The notes under the pieces were generated by a model that saw only the letters and a list, made by a program, of their open reading frames with translations, was not told the origin of the DNA and searched no databases. The position numbers and the translations under genes are program-made. Shown here piece after piece: positions 18,848-29,927 of a DNA stretch of 48,755 bases. Source of the stretch: Candidatus Micrarchaeota archaeon. Lineage in GTDB: Archaea > Micrarchaeota > Micrarchaeia > Anstonellales > Bilamarchaeaceae. The stretch covers positions 1 to 48,755 of the forward strand of contig JBDRPL010000007.1 of the NCBI GenBank assembly GCA_043827025.1, given 5' to 3'. Every line of letters starts with the position of its first letter. Position 1 is the stretch's first letter.

Positions 18848-20224
18848 CTACTTTTTGAGATATTTCGCAATATATTCCTTCTTGATCCTCTTCAATTCAG
18901 TTTCAGGAAGCATACTAAAAAGATCCCATGCAATTGATAATGTTTTGTCAATATCACGGTCTTCATAGGGCCCCTGGTTGACGAACTTCTGCTCGAATTC
19001 ATCTGCGAACTTCAAATACTTTCTGTCAACTTCGCTAAGCGCTTCTTCACCTACGACTGCACTAAGGTTTCTTAAGTCTCTGCCGTTTGCATATGCTGCA
19101 TAACATTGGTCAGATGCACCTTTGTGATCCTCTCTTGTTTTCTCAGGGCCAATACCCGAATTCATAAGCCTTGACAGAGATGGAAGCACATCAACAGGAG
19201 GATAAATGTTCTTCCTGTGCAAATCACGGTTAAGAATAATTTGTCCTTCTGTAATGTAACCTGTGAGGTCAGGGATCGGATGTGTCTTATCATCGCCAGG
19301 CATTGTCAAAATAGGAAATTGTGTAACAGTACCTTTTGCACCTTTGACACGTCCTGCCCTTTCATAGATAGTAGAAAGATCCGTGTACATGTAACCTGGG
19401 TAACCTCTTCTTCCAGGGACTTCGTTCCTTGCTGATGAAACCTCACGAAGAGCTTCACAGTAGTTAGTCATATCAGTAATCAATACAAGTACGTGCATAT
19501 CCTGCTCATATGCTAAATACTCAGCAGTAGTCAATGCAAGCCTTGGAGTAATCAAACGCTCAACAGAAGGGTCATCTGCCAAATTCATGAATAATACTGC
19601 ATTCTCAAGTGCACCTGTCTTTTCAAAATCTCGAACAAAGAATGATGCTTCTTCGTGAGTGATACCAACAGCTGCAAATACAACTGCAAACTTCTCATCT
19701 GAATTCCTGACCTTCGCCTGCCTTGCGATCTGCACCGCAAGCTGGTTGTGAGGAAGACCTGCACCTGAAAAGATAGGCAGTTTCTGCCCTCGTACAAGAG
19801 TATTCATGCAGTCTATTGTTGAAACACCTGTCTGGATGAATTGTGATGGCGACTCACGCGAATATGGGTTGATGGGAAGGCCGTTGATATCTACCCTCTC
19901 CTTTGGAATGATTTTTGGGCCCTTGTCCCTTGGCTCTCCCATCCCATTGAATGTCCTTCCAAGCATCTCTGTGCTTAAACCAAGTCTCATGGTTTCTCCA
20001 AGGAACTTGACTGTTGTCTGAGTGGTGCTGATTCCAGCTGTTGAACCGAAAATCTGGACAACTGCAGCATTCTTGCTGACATCTAAAACCTGACCTTTTC
20101 TTCGTTCACCATTTTCAAGTGTAACTTCAACTATTTCGTTGTAACTTACGCCTTGCACTTCATCTACGAAGACCAAAGGACCTGCAATCTGCGATATTGT
20201 CTTGTATTCTTTCATAAAAATCAC
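18848..20224 (-). CDS. atpB: A/V-type ATP synthase subunit B
   Basis: [37 protein letters not shown]. Confidence 0.98.
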   Translation of the reverse strand: MIFMKEYKTISQIAGPLVFVDEVQGVSYNEIVEVTLENGERRKGQVLDVSKNAAVVQIFGSTAGISTTQTTVKFLGETMRLGLSTEMLGRTFNGMGEPRDKGPKIIPKERVDINGLPINPYSRESPSQFIQTGVSTIDCMNTLVRGQKLPIFSGAGLPHNQLAVQIARQAKVRNSDEKFAVVFAAVGITHEEASFFVRDFEKTGALENAVLFMNLADDPSVERLITPRLALTTAEYLAYEQDMHVLVLITDMTNYCEALREVSSARNEVPGRRGYPGYMYTDLSTIYERAGRVKGAKGTVTQFPILTMPGDDKTHPIPDLTGYITEGQIILNRDLHRKNIYPPVDVLPSLSRLMNSGIGPEKTREDHKGASDQCYAAYANGRDLRNLSAVVGEEALSEVDRKYLKFADEFEQKFVNQGPYEDRDIDKTLSIAWDLFSMLPETELKRIKKEYIAKYLKK

Positions 20225-21984
20225 TTCCTCGCAATCGTGTCGAAATCCGCATCTATATCCATCACAAGCTTGTCGAAATCCTCAAGCTTTTCCTGCGGAA
20301 TCTCTTTCATCCTTCCGATTTTTGTAATCGAACCCAATTCACCTATCCTCTTAAGCTGAACTCCCAGATCAAGGGAAGACATCGCCCTTGCGTAGAACTT
20401 CAAAATAGTCCTAAGCATCAGATATTGTTTCTTCATGCTTGATTTTGCATCAACATCAGAATAGGCATTCTGCTGCAAATAATCCTCTCTCAGCATCTTT
20501 GTGATAAGAAGGACGGCCTGTTCTTTTTCAGGCAATGCATCAGGACCTACAAGCTGCACGATTTCCTGCAATTCCGCTTCCTTTTGCAAAAGTTTCATAG
20601 AGGTTGTTCTTAGGGTTGCAAAATCCGAAGAAATGTTTTCCGTGTACCATTCGCCAAGCGTATCAGTGTAAAGCGAATAGCTCTTCAGCCAGTTGATTGC
20701 CGGGAAGTGCCTCTTGTATGCCAATGCCGCATCCAGCGCAAGGAAAACTTTTGTGACACGCAATGTATTTTGAGAAACAGGCTCGGAAATGTCTCCACCC
20801 GGTGGCGAAACTGCTCCGATGATCGTAACGCTTCCATATCTTTCATCAGTTCCAAGACACCTTACACGGCCCGCTCTTTCATAAAACTCTGCAAGCCTTC
20901 TTGCAAGATAAGCAGGGTAACCTTCTTCTCCAGGCATCTCTTCTAATCTGCCACCGATTTCCCTCATAGCTTCTGCCCACCTTGAGGTCGAATCAGCCAT
21001 CAAAGCAACATCATAACCCTGGTCCCTGAAATATTCTGCAATGGTAATTCCTGTGTAAACACTCGCTTCCCTTGCAGCGACAGGCATGTTAGAAGTATTT
21101 GCAATAAGCACAGTTCTTTCCATCAATGGTTTTCCAGAGTTAGGGTCAATAAGGTGAGGGAACTCCTTGAGAACTTCTGTCATCTCGTTTCCTCTTTCTC
21201 CACATCCGATGTAAACCACTATTTGCGTATCTGAATATTTAGCCAGTGATTGCTGGGTAACTGTTTTTCCTGAACCAAAAGGACCTGGAATACATGCAGT
21301 TCCGCCCTTTGCAATTGGAAAGAAAGTATCAACGACTCTTTGTCCAGTAACTAATGGTATGACCGGAGGGAATTTTTCAATACATGGCCTTGACTTTCTC
21401 ACGAACCATCTCTGCGTCAATCCAAATTTCTTTGTCTTTCCCTCGAATGAAATCTCTCCCACTACATCCCTGATTGTGTATGAGCCGCTCTTGATTGATT
21501 CGACTTTTCCTTCATAAGGCGAGATTATTTTGTGGACTATTAGGTCAGTCTCCTGGACAGTTCCAAGAATGTCTCCAACTTTTACCTTATCTCCCTTCTT
21601 AATAATGGCTTTGAAATCCCATTTCGCTTTCTCATCAAGCGGAGGCGCTTCTATACCTCTTTTGATAAACACGCCTTTGGACATTCGTTCAATGTAGGCG
21701 AGAGGCCTTTGGATACCGTCGTAAATACCTTTTAAGATTCCGGGGCCAAGTTCAACTGACAATGGCTCTCCTGTTGATACAACAGGCTCGCCAGGCACAA
21801 GGCCAGACGTGTCTTCATATACCTGAATGACAGAAATGTCCCTAACAATCTTAATGATCTCCCCGAGAATCTTCTCGTTTCCGACTCTTACAACGTCGTA
21901 AAGCCTTGCATCAGGGACAGTCGCTTCTACGACCGGACCTGAAATCCTAGTTATTGCACCTTTCTTAACAGCCATTTTCAACAC
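20221..21984 (-). CDS. atpA: A/V-type ATP synthase subunit A
   Basis: [39 protein letters not shown]. Confidence 0.98.
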   Translation of the reverse strand: MLKMAVKKGAITRISGPVVEATVPDARLYDVVRVGNEKILGEIIKIVRDISVIQVYEDTSGLVPGEPVVSTGEPLSVELGPGILKGIYDGIQRPLAYIERMSKGVFIKRGIEAPPLDEKAKWDFKAIIKKGDKVKVGDILGTVQETDLIVHKIISPYEGKVESIKSGSYTIRDVVGEISFEGKTKKFGLTQRWFVRKSRPCIEKFPPVIPLVTGQRVVDTFFPIAKGGTACIPGPFGSGKTVTQQSLAKYSDTQIVVYIGCGERGNEMTEVLKEFPHLIDPNSGKPLMERTVLIANTSNMPVAAREASVYTGITIAEYFRDQGYDVALMADSTSRWAEAMREIGGRLEEMPGEEGYPAYLARRLAEFYERAGRVRCLGTDERYGSVTIIGAVSPPGGDISEPVSQNTLRVTKVFLALDAALAYKRHFPAINWLKSYSLYTDTLGEWYTENISSDFATLRTTSMKLLQKEAELQEIVQLVGPDALPEKEQAVLLITKMLREDYLQQNAYSDVDAKSSMKKQYLMLRTILKFYARAMSSLDLGVQLKRIGELGSITKIGRMKEIPQEKLEDFDKLVMDIDADFDTIARK

Positions 21985-22009
21985 CTTAAATAAATATAAT
22001 ACTCGCTAA

Positions 22010-22339
22010 CTAATTCTTGTTTCCCAGATCGAATCCCAACGCCCTCTTTATCAAGTTCCTTACCTCATCCTGGCTTGCAGAACTGCTTCCTGATGCATCA
22101 GGCATTGGAACAATTACAGGATATGCACTGTCATCCAGTTTCTTCTTCAAGCGCCAATCTATTGCCAAAAGCATCCTTTCAGTAGTGATTATAATTCCAA
22201 ATTCCTGATTATTTAAAATATCTTCGAGCTTTGACTGGAAATCCTCGTCCGTGGCAATTATACCATGCTCAATGCCTGCAAGCTGGAGGCCAAGCACAAG
22301 AGGCGCATCGCCCAAAACGATTATCTTTGCCTTTACCAT
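22010..22339 (-). CDS. atpF: A/V-type ATP synthase subunit F
   Basis: VLGD...VLGLQLAGI, LIKRALGFD; operon order. Confidence 0.9.
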   Translation of the reverse strand: MVKAKIIVLGDAPLVLGLQLAGIEHGIIATDEDFQSKLEDILNNQEFGIIITTERMLLAIDWRLKKKLDDSAYPVIVPMPDASGSSSASQDEVRNLIKRALGFDLGNKN

Positions 22340-22357
22340 TTTTTCACCAATCAAACC

Positions 22358-23464
22358 CTAAACAACAACGAGCATATCCTTTGTTTCATTCTCACTGAAT
22401 CCAAATTCCTTTGCCATCGCGATCTTGCCAAGATTCTTTATCTCCTCTTCCTTAAGAAGAAGGAAGCCAAGTATGACGCCCACTGACAAAACACTGTTCG
22501 AAAAAACCTTAAGTTTTTCGTAAGCAATTGCCTTTTCAAGAGCCACCTCAAGATCTACTAAGGACATATTGTCCTTTGATGGGAGTACAAAACCCCTGAA
22601 CTTCTTTGAAAGCAATACTGCAGTGGTGGAGAGGTTCTTTGAATTGATTATTTCATTGACCAACTGAGACCTTAACGAACCTCCGACTATAAGATGCTCA
22701 CGTATTGCATTTGCATCATATTTCTTCCTCGTCTTCAATCTCTCGATTATGAGAATGTTCTTCGCATCTATTTCGTTTCTCAGTAATCCCCTGATTTTTG
22801 AAATATCCATTGTGGAAAGCGCAAGGTATTTCTCAGCTATCATATATCCATACACGTCAAGAAGCACCTGTATCTGGGTGAACTGGTCTCCCTTCTTGAG
22901 AGTGTCCTTGAAAGCCTCAAACATTCTTTTGTTGAAGTATTGCGAACTAACTGAAAGAATCTCTTTTCCGAAAGAAGATGACTTAATTGCATCGAAGAAA
23001 GTATCGACTGTCGAATTTGAGATTTTCTCGAAATGCTTTACGCTCATCAGACCCAATGGGAAAATCTTGTCTTTCATATCCTCAAACCGTTTTCCCTTCT
23101 GAACGCCATTAAGTATGATTTTAAGGTTAAGAAGGTCCCACCTTTTAAGAAGACCCTCAACAATCTTTTTGTCTCCTCTTGGAGTGAATGAGATTACTTT
23201 CTTGACGACCCTTGAAAAGTGCTTCCTTGCAGCCAGCTCAATAAGTTCCGAGCCATGATATTTCAACGAAAGCGCCGTCAAATCCTCCTTGTAATTCGTC
23301 CTTTCCAAAAGCTCTGCCATTGCAGGAATGCTCTTGACTTTTATGAGCTCATCCAAAAAACCAGGCTTGAGGAATAGGCCCTTCATGCATTTGACCCTTG
23401 CATTCGAATAGCCATATTTCATGGCCCTGTTTTCTGGCAATGGAATACTCATAACACCACTCAT
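22358..23464 (-). CDS. atpC: A/V-type ATP synthase subunit C
   Basis: YGYSNARV, WDLLNLK, KEEEIKNL; operon order. Confidence 0.88.
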   Translation of the reverse strand: MSGVMSIPLPENRAMKYGYSNARVKCMKGLFLKPGFLDELIKVKSIPAMAELLERTNYKEDLTALSLKYHGSELIELAARKHFSRVVKKVISFTPRGDKKIVEGLLKRWDLLNLKIILNGVQKGKRFEDMKDKIFPLGLMSVKHFEKISNSTVDTFFDAIKSSSFGKEILSVSSQYFNKRMFEAFKDTLKKGDQFTQIQVLLDVYGYMIAEKYLALSTMDISKIRGLLRNEIDAKNILIIERLKTRKKYDANAIREHLIVGGSLRSQLVNEIINSKNLSTTAVLLSKKFRGFVLPSKDNMSLVDLEVALEKAIAYEKLKVFSNSVLSVGVILGFLLLKEEEIKNLGKIAMAKEFGFSENETKDMLVVV

Positions 23465-24030
23465 TTCTTCTCGAAGAGCATCTGATACACCTGCTTCCTT
23501 AATTCATCCTTCTGGAATGCGAACAGTGAATCGAAACTCATATCCAACCTGAATTTGCCGTCAGTAGATTCAGCAACCAAACCGCCAAGCAAGGTTTCTG
23601 ATTCCACGACCTTACCCTTAAGACCCTTTGGCAATAGGGACTTCTCCCCTTTGCAAACATAAAAAGTCGGATTCTGTCCAAGCTCTTCACCTGCCTTGCT
23701 GACGCAACTCTCTATAAAGGCTTTATATTTCCTAGAGCCTTTGCTCTTTTTAAGCAGGTCGAAAAACATTTCAAGGGAGTTTGAGATTGCATCCTCATTT
23801 GCTTCTGCACTGATGCGCTTGGATTCAAGTCTCGCCCAGCTGATGCGCTCATCCCTATGAGCTTCCATCTGAGACCTAAGACTCTCTTCTGAGCTTCTCA
23901 GCATAAGGAGACTTTTTGCATTCTCCTCGTGTATCATCTGTTTTGCCTGATTAGCAGCAGAATTAACTATATCCTCTGCCTGCTTGTTGGCATCCGAAAT
24001 GATTACACTAGTTAATTTCTCAATTCCCAT
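23461..24030 (-). CDS. atpE: A/V-type ATP synthase subunit E
   Basis: MGIEKL start, long helix, LGGLVAES.DG motif. Confidence 0.88.
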   Translation of the reverse strand: MGIEKLTSVIISDANKQAEDIVNSAANQAKQMIHEENAKSLLMLRSSEESLRSQMEAHRDERISWARLESKRISAEANEDAISNSLEMFFDLLKKSKGSRKYKAFIESCVSKAGEELGQNPTFYVCKGEKSLLPKGLKGKVVESETLLGGLVAESTDGKFRLDMSFDSLFAFQKDELRKQVYQMLFEKK

Positions 24031-24044
24031 CGAAATCGCCTATC

Positions 24045-24308
24045 CTATTCTGCTCCACCGCCTATTTTGCTGAGCAACAGGAATGCGATTGCGAATCCAA
24101 AGAGTGCCAAAAGTTCTGGAATAACCATGTAGATAAGCACGTTCTTCTCGAACTCAGGCCTTTCTGCTGCTACACCCAATGCTGTTGATCCAAGTGCTGA
24201 CTGAGACCATGCTGCTGCCAATGCACTCAAACCAATTGCAATACCCGCACCGACGGCGATTAAACCATCAGGTGACGCCACTGTTTCAACAATTGCTGTT
24301 TCTGCCAT
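24045..24308 (-). CDS. atpK: A/V-type ATP synthase proteolipid subunit K/c (single hairpin)
   Basis: Two TM helices, AERPE loop, IPE carboxylate. Confidence 0.92.
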   Translation of the reverse strand: MAETAIVETVASPDGLIAVGAGIAIGLSALAAAWSQSALGSTALGVAAERPEFEKNVLIYMVIPELLALFGFAIAFLLLSKIGGGAE

Positions 24309-24329
24309 ATATATACACCTCAAATTTTT

Positions 24330-26267
24330 TCATTTAATATTCTCCTGGAAAGCAAATGGTTCAAACAATTTGCCCCCTCCTTTTAGCATTTTCATCCTGA
24401 ATTCTACCAGATTGAGCCTGCCTCCTTGTATAAGAGACTCAAACATTGCAATGAATGCATTCACAATATGAAGCACCAGGAATAATGGGATGCCTATTAG
24501 CATCATCAATATACCCTGAACTGCAAAAAAGGAAAATAAAGAATTGATCATCTCGGCAAGAATTACGCCTACGACCCCAATAACTGCAATTCTAAAATAT
24601 GAAAGTACATTGCCTGAAAAACCAGGCACTTCTAAAACGCCAACAACACCTTCTGTCAAACCTATGACTATAGATGAAATTGCCAAAAGCACAAGACCAG
24701 GCATACCATAATCAGGAGGAATTACATTCAAAAGCAGTGCACAAACTGCCAATGTACCTCCAATTTCAACACCCACCCATGCCATCTTTGCATAGGAATG
24801 CGACTTATTGTGGTTCCATTCATTTATAGCTGCAAGTATGAATGCGATTCCGAGCTGGATAAGGCCTATGATAGCTGTAACTCCCAGTAATAAACCAAGT
24901 TCACTGAGCCGGTGAATCCAAGGCGTGTATAATGGGGCAATTATACCAAGATTGAGCCCCATCCCTTGAATTATTTGAATGATTTCAAAGTGGCTGACAC
25001 CCATCCATTCATCGAACATTACTCCAAATATTGCGACGAACACTGCTCCATATAGCCAGATTCTGCAGACATTTGACAGTATGTAACTCTTGGAGAATTT
25101 TCCAAGCATGAATTTAGCGATTAAAACTGAAATTAGGCCATACACGACATCTCCAACAATCATACCATAGAGTATCGGAACCATAAGGAAATACATGAAT
25201 GTTGGGTCAAGATCGCTATAGCCTGGAAGAGAATAATTTATTGTGAGAAATTCGTATGGCTTGGAGCGTTTTGGATTGTCAAGTACGATAGGGGGCTCAT
25301 CATGGTGGCCAGGTTTCTTTGACTCCATGTAAACTCCTAAAGGATAGTTCTTCAGAACTTTCGCTAATTTATCTGAATCGTTTTCCTTCATCCAGCCTTC
25401 TATTATACATACACTTGCTGTTGAACCAAACTTTGATGCAATCTCAGATCTGTCAGCTTCTATAGTCAACAGTTTCTCTAGCTGTACAAAAAGACTTGAA
25501 TATTCCGAAGAGAGGTTTTCCGTCTTTTTGACAAGGCCAATGAGTTCGGATTCCCTCGCCTCTAACTCATGGAGAAACCTCTGCATCGAATCCTTAACAT
25601 ATGTAGTATTAGCAGGAACTTCAAGAGGTGTGAATTCATTCAGCAACCCGGAGATGTCTCCAAAAGAGTTTGAATAAACAATCAATGCAAAATTCGGATT
25701 ATAACTGATATTATATGGCTTTCCAAGCTTGTCCAAGCGATCCTTAATATAATTCAATGCCTTCGGAGTCACTTCTCCGACAACATAATCAAGATAATTA
25801 GTCCTGAGTTTCGAATAATTAACATTAAACCTCTCAAGGATTTTGAGAGTCCCCATATCCCGCTTCAATGTCAGGATAGTATTCCTCAAATCCGCGCACC
25901 TAGCGCTATATTCAATATAATTAGTGAAATCTGTTTTCATCTTTCTAAAGTCAGTTCCATTGAATGCATGAGATTTGGAAACAAAGCTATGGAGTGAATC
26001 CATCTGCTGATCAAACTGTGGAACTGAACTAACCTGTTTGGATTCATCGGATTTCTTAGAGGTAAGCATATTCTTTATTGCCCTTACAAAAACCAGCTGT
26101 TCTGAAATAAGAGTATAGTTATCAAGAGGCCGACCAGACTCAATTCCATCGTATTCAGTCATAGTGATTTCCATTATCCCTAAAGTATGAAGTTGCTTGA
26201 TTAAATCAGGAATGACATTTTTCACTCCCACTAGAGTAACTTTCTGCATTCTTGATGGGTGCATCAT
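24330..26267 (-). CDS. atpI: A/V-type ATP synthase subunit I/a
   Basis: P.RMQKV start, IEGW, DPT, GD..YG, LSY.R, RLNLVEF. Confidence 0.95.
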   Translation of the reverse strand: MMHPSRMQKVTLVGVKNVIPDLIKQLHTLGIMEITMTEYDGIESGRPLDNYTLISEQLVFVRAIKNMLTSKKSDESKQVSSVPQFDQQMDSLHSFVSKSHAFNGTDFRKMKTDFTNYIEYSARCADLRNTILTLKRDMGTLKILERFNVNYSKLRTNYLDYVVGEVTPKALNYIKDRLDKLGKPYNISYNPNFALIVYSNSFGDISGLLNEFTPLEVPANTTYVKDSMQRFLHELEARESELIGLVKKTENLSSEYSSLFVQLEKLLTIEADRSEIASKFGSTASVCIIEGWMKENDSDKLAKVLKNYPLGVYMESKKPGHHDEPPIVLDNPKRSKPYEFLTINYSLPGYSDLDPTFMYFLMVPILYGMIVGDVVYGLISVLIAKFMLGKFSKSYILSNVCRIWLYGAVFVAIFGVMFDEWMGVSHFEIIQIIQGMGLNLGIIAPLYTPWIHRLSELGLLLGVTAIIGLIQLGIAFILAAINEWNHNKSHSYAKMAWVGVEIGGTLAVCALLLNVIPPDYGMPGLVLLAISSIVIGLTEGVVGVLEVPGFSGNVLSYFRIAVIGVVGVILAEMINSLFSFFAVQGILMMLIGIPLFLVLHIVNAFIAMFESLIQGGRLNLVEFRMKMLKGGGKLFEPFAFQENIK

Positions 26268-26271
26268 ATGA

Positions 26272-26601
26272 TCAAACAACCGATTCCAAAAAATAATCCA
26301 CCAGGCCTTCTGCTTCCTTCTTGTCAATACACATATTCCTAGATTTTGCTACCTTTTCCTTTGATTTTTTTATTATGCCCTCTACTTCTTTTTCAATCTC
26401 CTCCCCTCGGGCACGAACAAAAGTATCCTTGATGTTAATGATTTGTTCCTCATTCTTGGATTTTACAGAAACAACTTCCTTCTTTGCAGCCTGAAGGATG
26501 TTTTCAGCGCTTTTTTTAGCAGCATTTATGATGTTGCCTGCCTCTTTTTCCGCCAGACGGACATCCTCGACTTTTTTCATAAAATCTGACTGTTCACTCA
26601 T
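26272..26601 (-). CDS. atpH: A/V-type ATP synthase subunit H/G
   Basis: Charged helical protein (AEKEA..II..AKK.AE.IL) heading the operon. Confidence 0.8.
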   Translation of the reverse strand: MSEQSDFMKKVEDVRLAEKEAGNIINAAKKSAENILQAAKKEVVSVKSKNEEQIINIKDTFVRARGEEIEKEVEGIIKKSKEKVAKSRNMCIDKKEAEGLVDYFLESVV

Positions 26602-26779
26602 AACGAAAACACCAACTAAAAAGAATAGAAGTCCTTTTGAACAAGAATATTTAAAAACATCCCTCTTTGATTTCAATAACAAAACAAAAAAGATTGGTTT
26701 TAAAAGATTACATATCTAAAATAGTTAAATTTCTGAACACTAGATTATGAAATCAGAATGATATATAGAGGTTATGATT

Positions 26780-27304
26780 ATGGGTGCATATAAATATATC
26801 CAGGAAACTTTCCAAAAAGAATACAAGGAGCGAGGAGCAGATTACAAAAAGAAGATAACTGCATGGAGAAATGGCCCTGCAACCGTCAGGCTTGACAGGC
26901 CAACGAATATTGCAAGGGCAAGAAGGCTTGGGTACAAGGCAAAACAAGGATATGTTGCGGTAGTAGTCCGAGTGCCAAAAGGCCGAAGGACAAGACGAAG
27001 GCCAATGGGTGGAAGAAAAACAGGCGCAAGCTACATATTTGTCCAACCACAGCAATCCCACCAGGTAATTGCGGAGAAACGGGCAAACATAAAATACAAA
27101 AACCTTGAGGTCCTAAATTCATATTGGGTAGGCGATGACGGAAACTACAGCTTCTACGAAGTATTACTCGCAGATCCGCAGCTCAAAACAGTCAATGCAA
27201 AATCCATCCAGGCAAAAGGAAGGGCATTCCGCGGATTGACAGCAGCAGGCAGGAAGTCCAGAGGCGCATCGGACAAATCAGGTAGTAAATTTGTCAGGGC
27301 CTAA
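26780..27304 (+). CDS. rpl15e: 50S ribosomal protein L15e
   Basis: MGAYKYI, RPT...ARRLGYKAKQG, LEVLNSYWV, GRAFRGLT. Confidence 0.97.
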   Translation: MGAYKYIQETFQKEYKERGADYKKKITAWRNGPATVRLDRPTNIARARRLGYKAKQGYVAVVVRVPKGRRTRRRPMGGRKTGASYIFVQPQQSHQVIAEKRANIKYKNLEVLNSYWVGDDGNYSFYEVLLADPQLKTVNAKSIQAKGRAFRGLTAAGRKSRGASDKSGSKFVRA

Positions 27305-27440
27305 TGAAAACATAATATTTTCTTTTATTTCTAATCTTTTCAATGCTTTTTCTAGTTGTATTTTCATTTTCCATAATCAAGAGCCCAGCCAGTGCGCTTT
27401 TAATCCTAATTATTCTAAACAATACATGGAAGGGGACAAA

Positions 27441-27941
27441 ATGGAAGAAGATAACCAGGATAGGCTGGCTGAAGTGATTAAAAAGGAAAGCACTGAAGTT
27501 TTCATGAGCATTATCTGCTCTTTTCTCGTATCTGTTTACCTTACGGTGACGATTTTCATAATAATTTCGCATTATGTCGTGGTTCCCATAGACCAGATAG
27601 GCAATCTCCTGCCAATTGCAATTGCTGGAGAGATTGTGCTTACTCTCCTGACATATTGGGCAATCAGAACAATAAGCAACTGTGGCATGCACAGCGTCAG
27701 GGTAAACAAAATTATTTGCCTCAAATACATAAAAGAACTCAAGGTCCCTCTTGTAATAGGAGTGCTTATGGGCACATTTTGCATATTTGCACTTGTCTCG
27801 CTTGTATCCTACGTAGTACTGGATATAATGAAAACCTGGGAAACAGCTAAAACAATAATGTTATATATTCTTGTATTCTCAGTAAATGAATGGATCATTC
27901 TTTGGCTGGGGTCATTCTTTGGCAGATTGATCTGGAAGTGA
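27441..27941 (+). CDS. Hypothetical membrane protein (about 4 TM)
   Basis: Four hydrophobic segments; start placed at MEEDNQ. Confidence 0.65.
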   Translation: MEEDNQDRLAEVIKKESTEVFMSIICSFLVSVYLTVTIFIIISHYVVVPIDQIGNLLPIAIAGEIVLTLLTYWAIRTISNCGMHSVRVNKIICLKYIKELKVPLVIGVLMGTFCIFALVSLVSYVVLDIMKTWETAKTIMLYILVFSVNEWIILWLGSFFGRLIWK

Positions 27942-27945
27942 ACCT

Positions 27946-28491
27946 ATGAGCGACAAGACAATGCATTTTGATGAGGATATGCCATTCCCTTGGCCACATA
28001 TGAAAGGGCAGAAAAATGCTCCTAGGGAAGACAAGAAAGAAATCAAAGAAGAAAAAGAAGTGCCTGCTGAAAAAAAGCCTGAAGAAAAACAACCGGAAAA
28101 ACAGGAGCCGAAAAAAGAACAGACACTGGAAGAGAAAAATGAACGGCCAGTCTCGATATTTTATCCAATTTCACTTCTCATAGCCATAATCGTCACAGCA
28201 TTGTTTGCATATGTACCTCCTGTATACGATTTGGTCCTTGTAGGAGGATTGATTTCAGGTTTCATAGCATCTACGCTTATCAGAAAAACCAATCCGAATC
28301 TAGTTGATTTCAAAAACTGCTTTGCAATATTCGCAACTGTTGCAATACTCGGAACTGCAGCCTATGCCGCTCTCCAATGGCATGCATTGACAGCATTCAA
28401 TGTGGAATTCCTAAAAGAGATAAGTATTACCATAACAAATGTTCCAACATTCATAATCGGAGCTTTTATTGGGACGAAAATAGTGAAATAA
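27946..28491 (+). CDS. Hypothetical membrane protein with K/E-rich N-terminus
   Basis: Charged low-complexity region then several hydrophobic helices. Confidence 0.7.
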   Translation: MSDKTMHFDEDMPFPWPHMKGQKNAPREDKKEIKEEKEVPAEKKPEEKQPEKQEPKKEQTLEEKNERPVSIFYPISLLIAIIVTALFAYVPPVYDLVLVGGLISGFIASTLIRKTNPNLVDFKNCFAIFATVAILGTAAYAALQWHALTAFNVEFLKEISITITNVPTFIIGAFIGTKIVK

Positions 28492-28495
28492 CTCC

Positions 28496-29353
28496 TTAAA
28501 GCTCCTTTCCAGTCAGCATTTTATATGCCTGCAAATACCTTTCAGTTGTCTTTCTTATAACATCTTCAGGCAATGCTGGTGGAGGAGGAGATTTGTTCCA
28601 TTTGATATCTTCAAGATAATTTCTCACGAATTGCTTGTCCAAGCTTTCTAGAATTCCTTTATCATACTTTTCCTTGAGCCAGTACCTTGATGAATCCGGA
28701 GTGAGGGCTTCGTCAATAAGGATAATTTCGTCTCCCAACTGGCCAAACTCGAACTTGGTATCTGCAAGCACCAATCCGCATTTTAACGCGTGTTGTTTTG
28801 CGAAGTTGTAAAGCGCAATACTCTTCTCCTTGACTGTTTTGAAGACATTTTCCCCTACAAGTGCAATGGCCTGCTGTTCGTTTATGTTTTCATCATGGCC
28901 AGTCTCTGCCTTTGTTGAAGGTGTGAAGATTGGTTCTGGCAATTCCGAGCCGTCCTTCAAACCTGACGGAAGCTTTATTCCGCAGACTGTGCCGTCTTTT
29001 TGATAGCTTTTCCAGCCCGAGCCTGTCAAATAGCCTCGAACAACGCACTCCAACCTAATTGGAGTTGTTTTTTGCACAATCATTGCCCTTTTTCCCGAAG
29101 TTTTCAGATTACTTGGAATGTCGCTTGAAAGAAAATGGTTCTTGATGATGTATCTTGTCTTATCGAACCAGAATAAGGAAAGTGAATTGAGAACGTCTCC
29201 TTTTCTTGGAATAGGTTCCTTGAAAACAACGTCAAATGCACTTAATCGATCTGTTGCGATCATCAAAAGCTTTCCATCAAAATCGTAAACATCCCTTACC
29301 TTCCCCCTGCTTAATAATGGCAGGTCAAGCTTAGTTTCATAAAGAGCATCCAT
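28496..29353 (-). CDS. purC: SAICAR synthetase
   Basis: GKVRDVY, TDRLSAFD, ECVVRGYL.GS, FTPSTKA, ADTKFEFG, DEALTPDSSRYW. Confidence 0.97.
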   Translation of the reverse strand: MDALYETKLDLPLLSRGKVRDVYDFDGKLLMIATDRLSAFDVVFKEPIPRKGDVLNSLSLFWFDKTRYIIKNHFLSSDIPSNLKTSGKRAMIVQKTTPIRLECVVRGYLTGSGWKSYQKDGTVCGIKLPSGLKDGSELPEPIFTPSTKAETGHDENINEQQAIALVGENVFKTVKEKSIALYNFAKQHALKCGLVLADTKFEFGQLGDEIILIDEALTPDSSRYWLKEKYDKGILESLDKQFVRNYLEDIKWNKSPPPPALPEDVIRKTTERYLQAYKMLTGKEL

Positions 29354-29414
29354 GGAAAGAGATTGATAAGAAGAGATTTTAAACTTTAGCCAGCAAGAGA
29401 AAGTAGTGTAGAAA

Positions 29415-29861
29415 ATGAAAAAACAAAATAGAAACAAAGAAATCATAATAAAGTACAAAGACTTCAGATGCCAGAACATGAAAGAATTCACTTTCAGCTA
29501 TCCTACTATCAAAGGGTGGGGCGAAGCAAAGGTTGAACAAAATGTGCCAAACCTATGCACAATCAGCTATGAAAATTCAGATGAATACTTTCCTAAAATC
29601 ATAGTCGAGAAATCAAGCATAGGGATTAACGATGCCAGCTGGAGGTACTTCAGGCCCCTTATTCCATTAAGAGGGCTTCCGCCACAAAAGAACCCCAAGG
29701 GTGTGAAATTCGGGTATTTTGAAACCCCATTCAGAGGAAATTGGTGCCAGTTCTTCGGAAAGAAGTTTTCTGTCAAAGTCAAGATACAGGAAATGGAAGA
29801 CGATCCTGAATTTGAGATGGTCTTTTTCAGGAAAGTCATGGAAACATTTAAATTTATCTGA
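29415..29861 (+). CDS. Hypothetical protein
   Basis: 148-aa ORF divergent from purC; no family recognised. Confidence 0.55.
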   Translation: MKKQNRNKEIIIKYKDFRCQNMKEFTFSYPTIKGWGEAKVEQNVPNLCTISYENSDEYFPKIIVEKSSIGINDASWRYFRPLIPLRGLPPQKNPKGVKFGYFETPFRGNWCQFFGKKFSVKVKIQEMEDDPEFEMVFFRKVMETFKFI

Positions 29862-29927
29862 ACATTAGCAATAAAAACAATACTTATCTAATTATTACCA
29901 CATAATAATAGATAATTGGTGGAATGA

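Noticed and set aside
20221..21984. Intein in ATP synthase subunit A
   Set aside because: Normal length; GSGKTVTQ is uninterrupted at the usual insertion site
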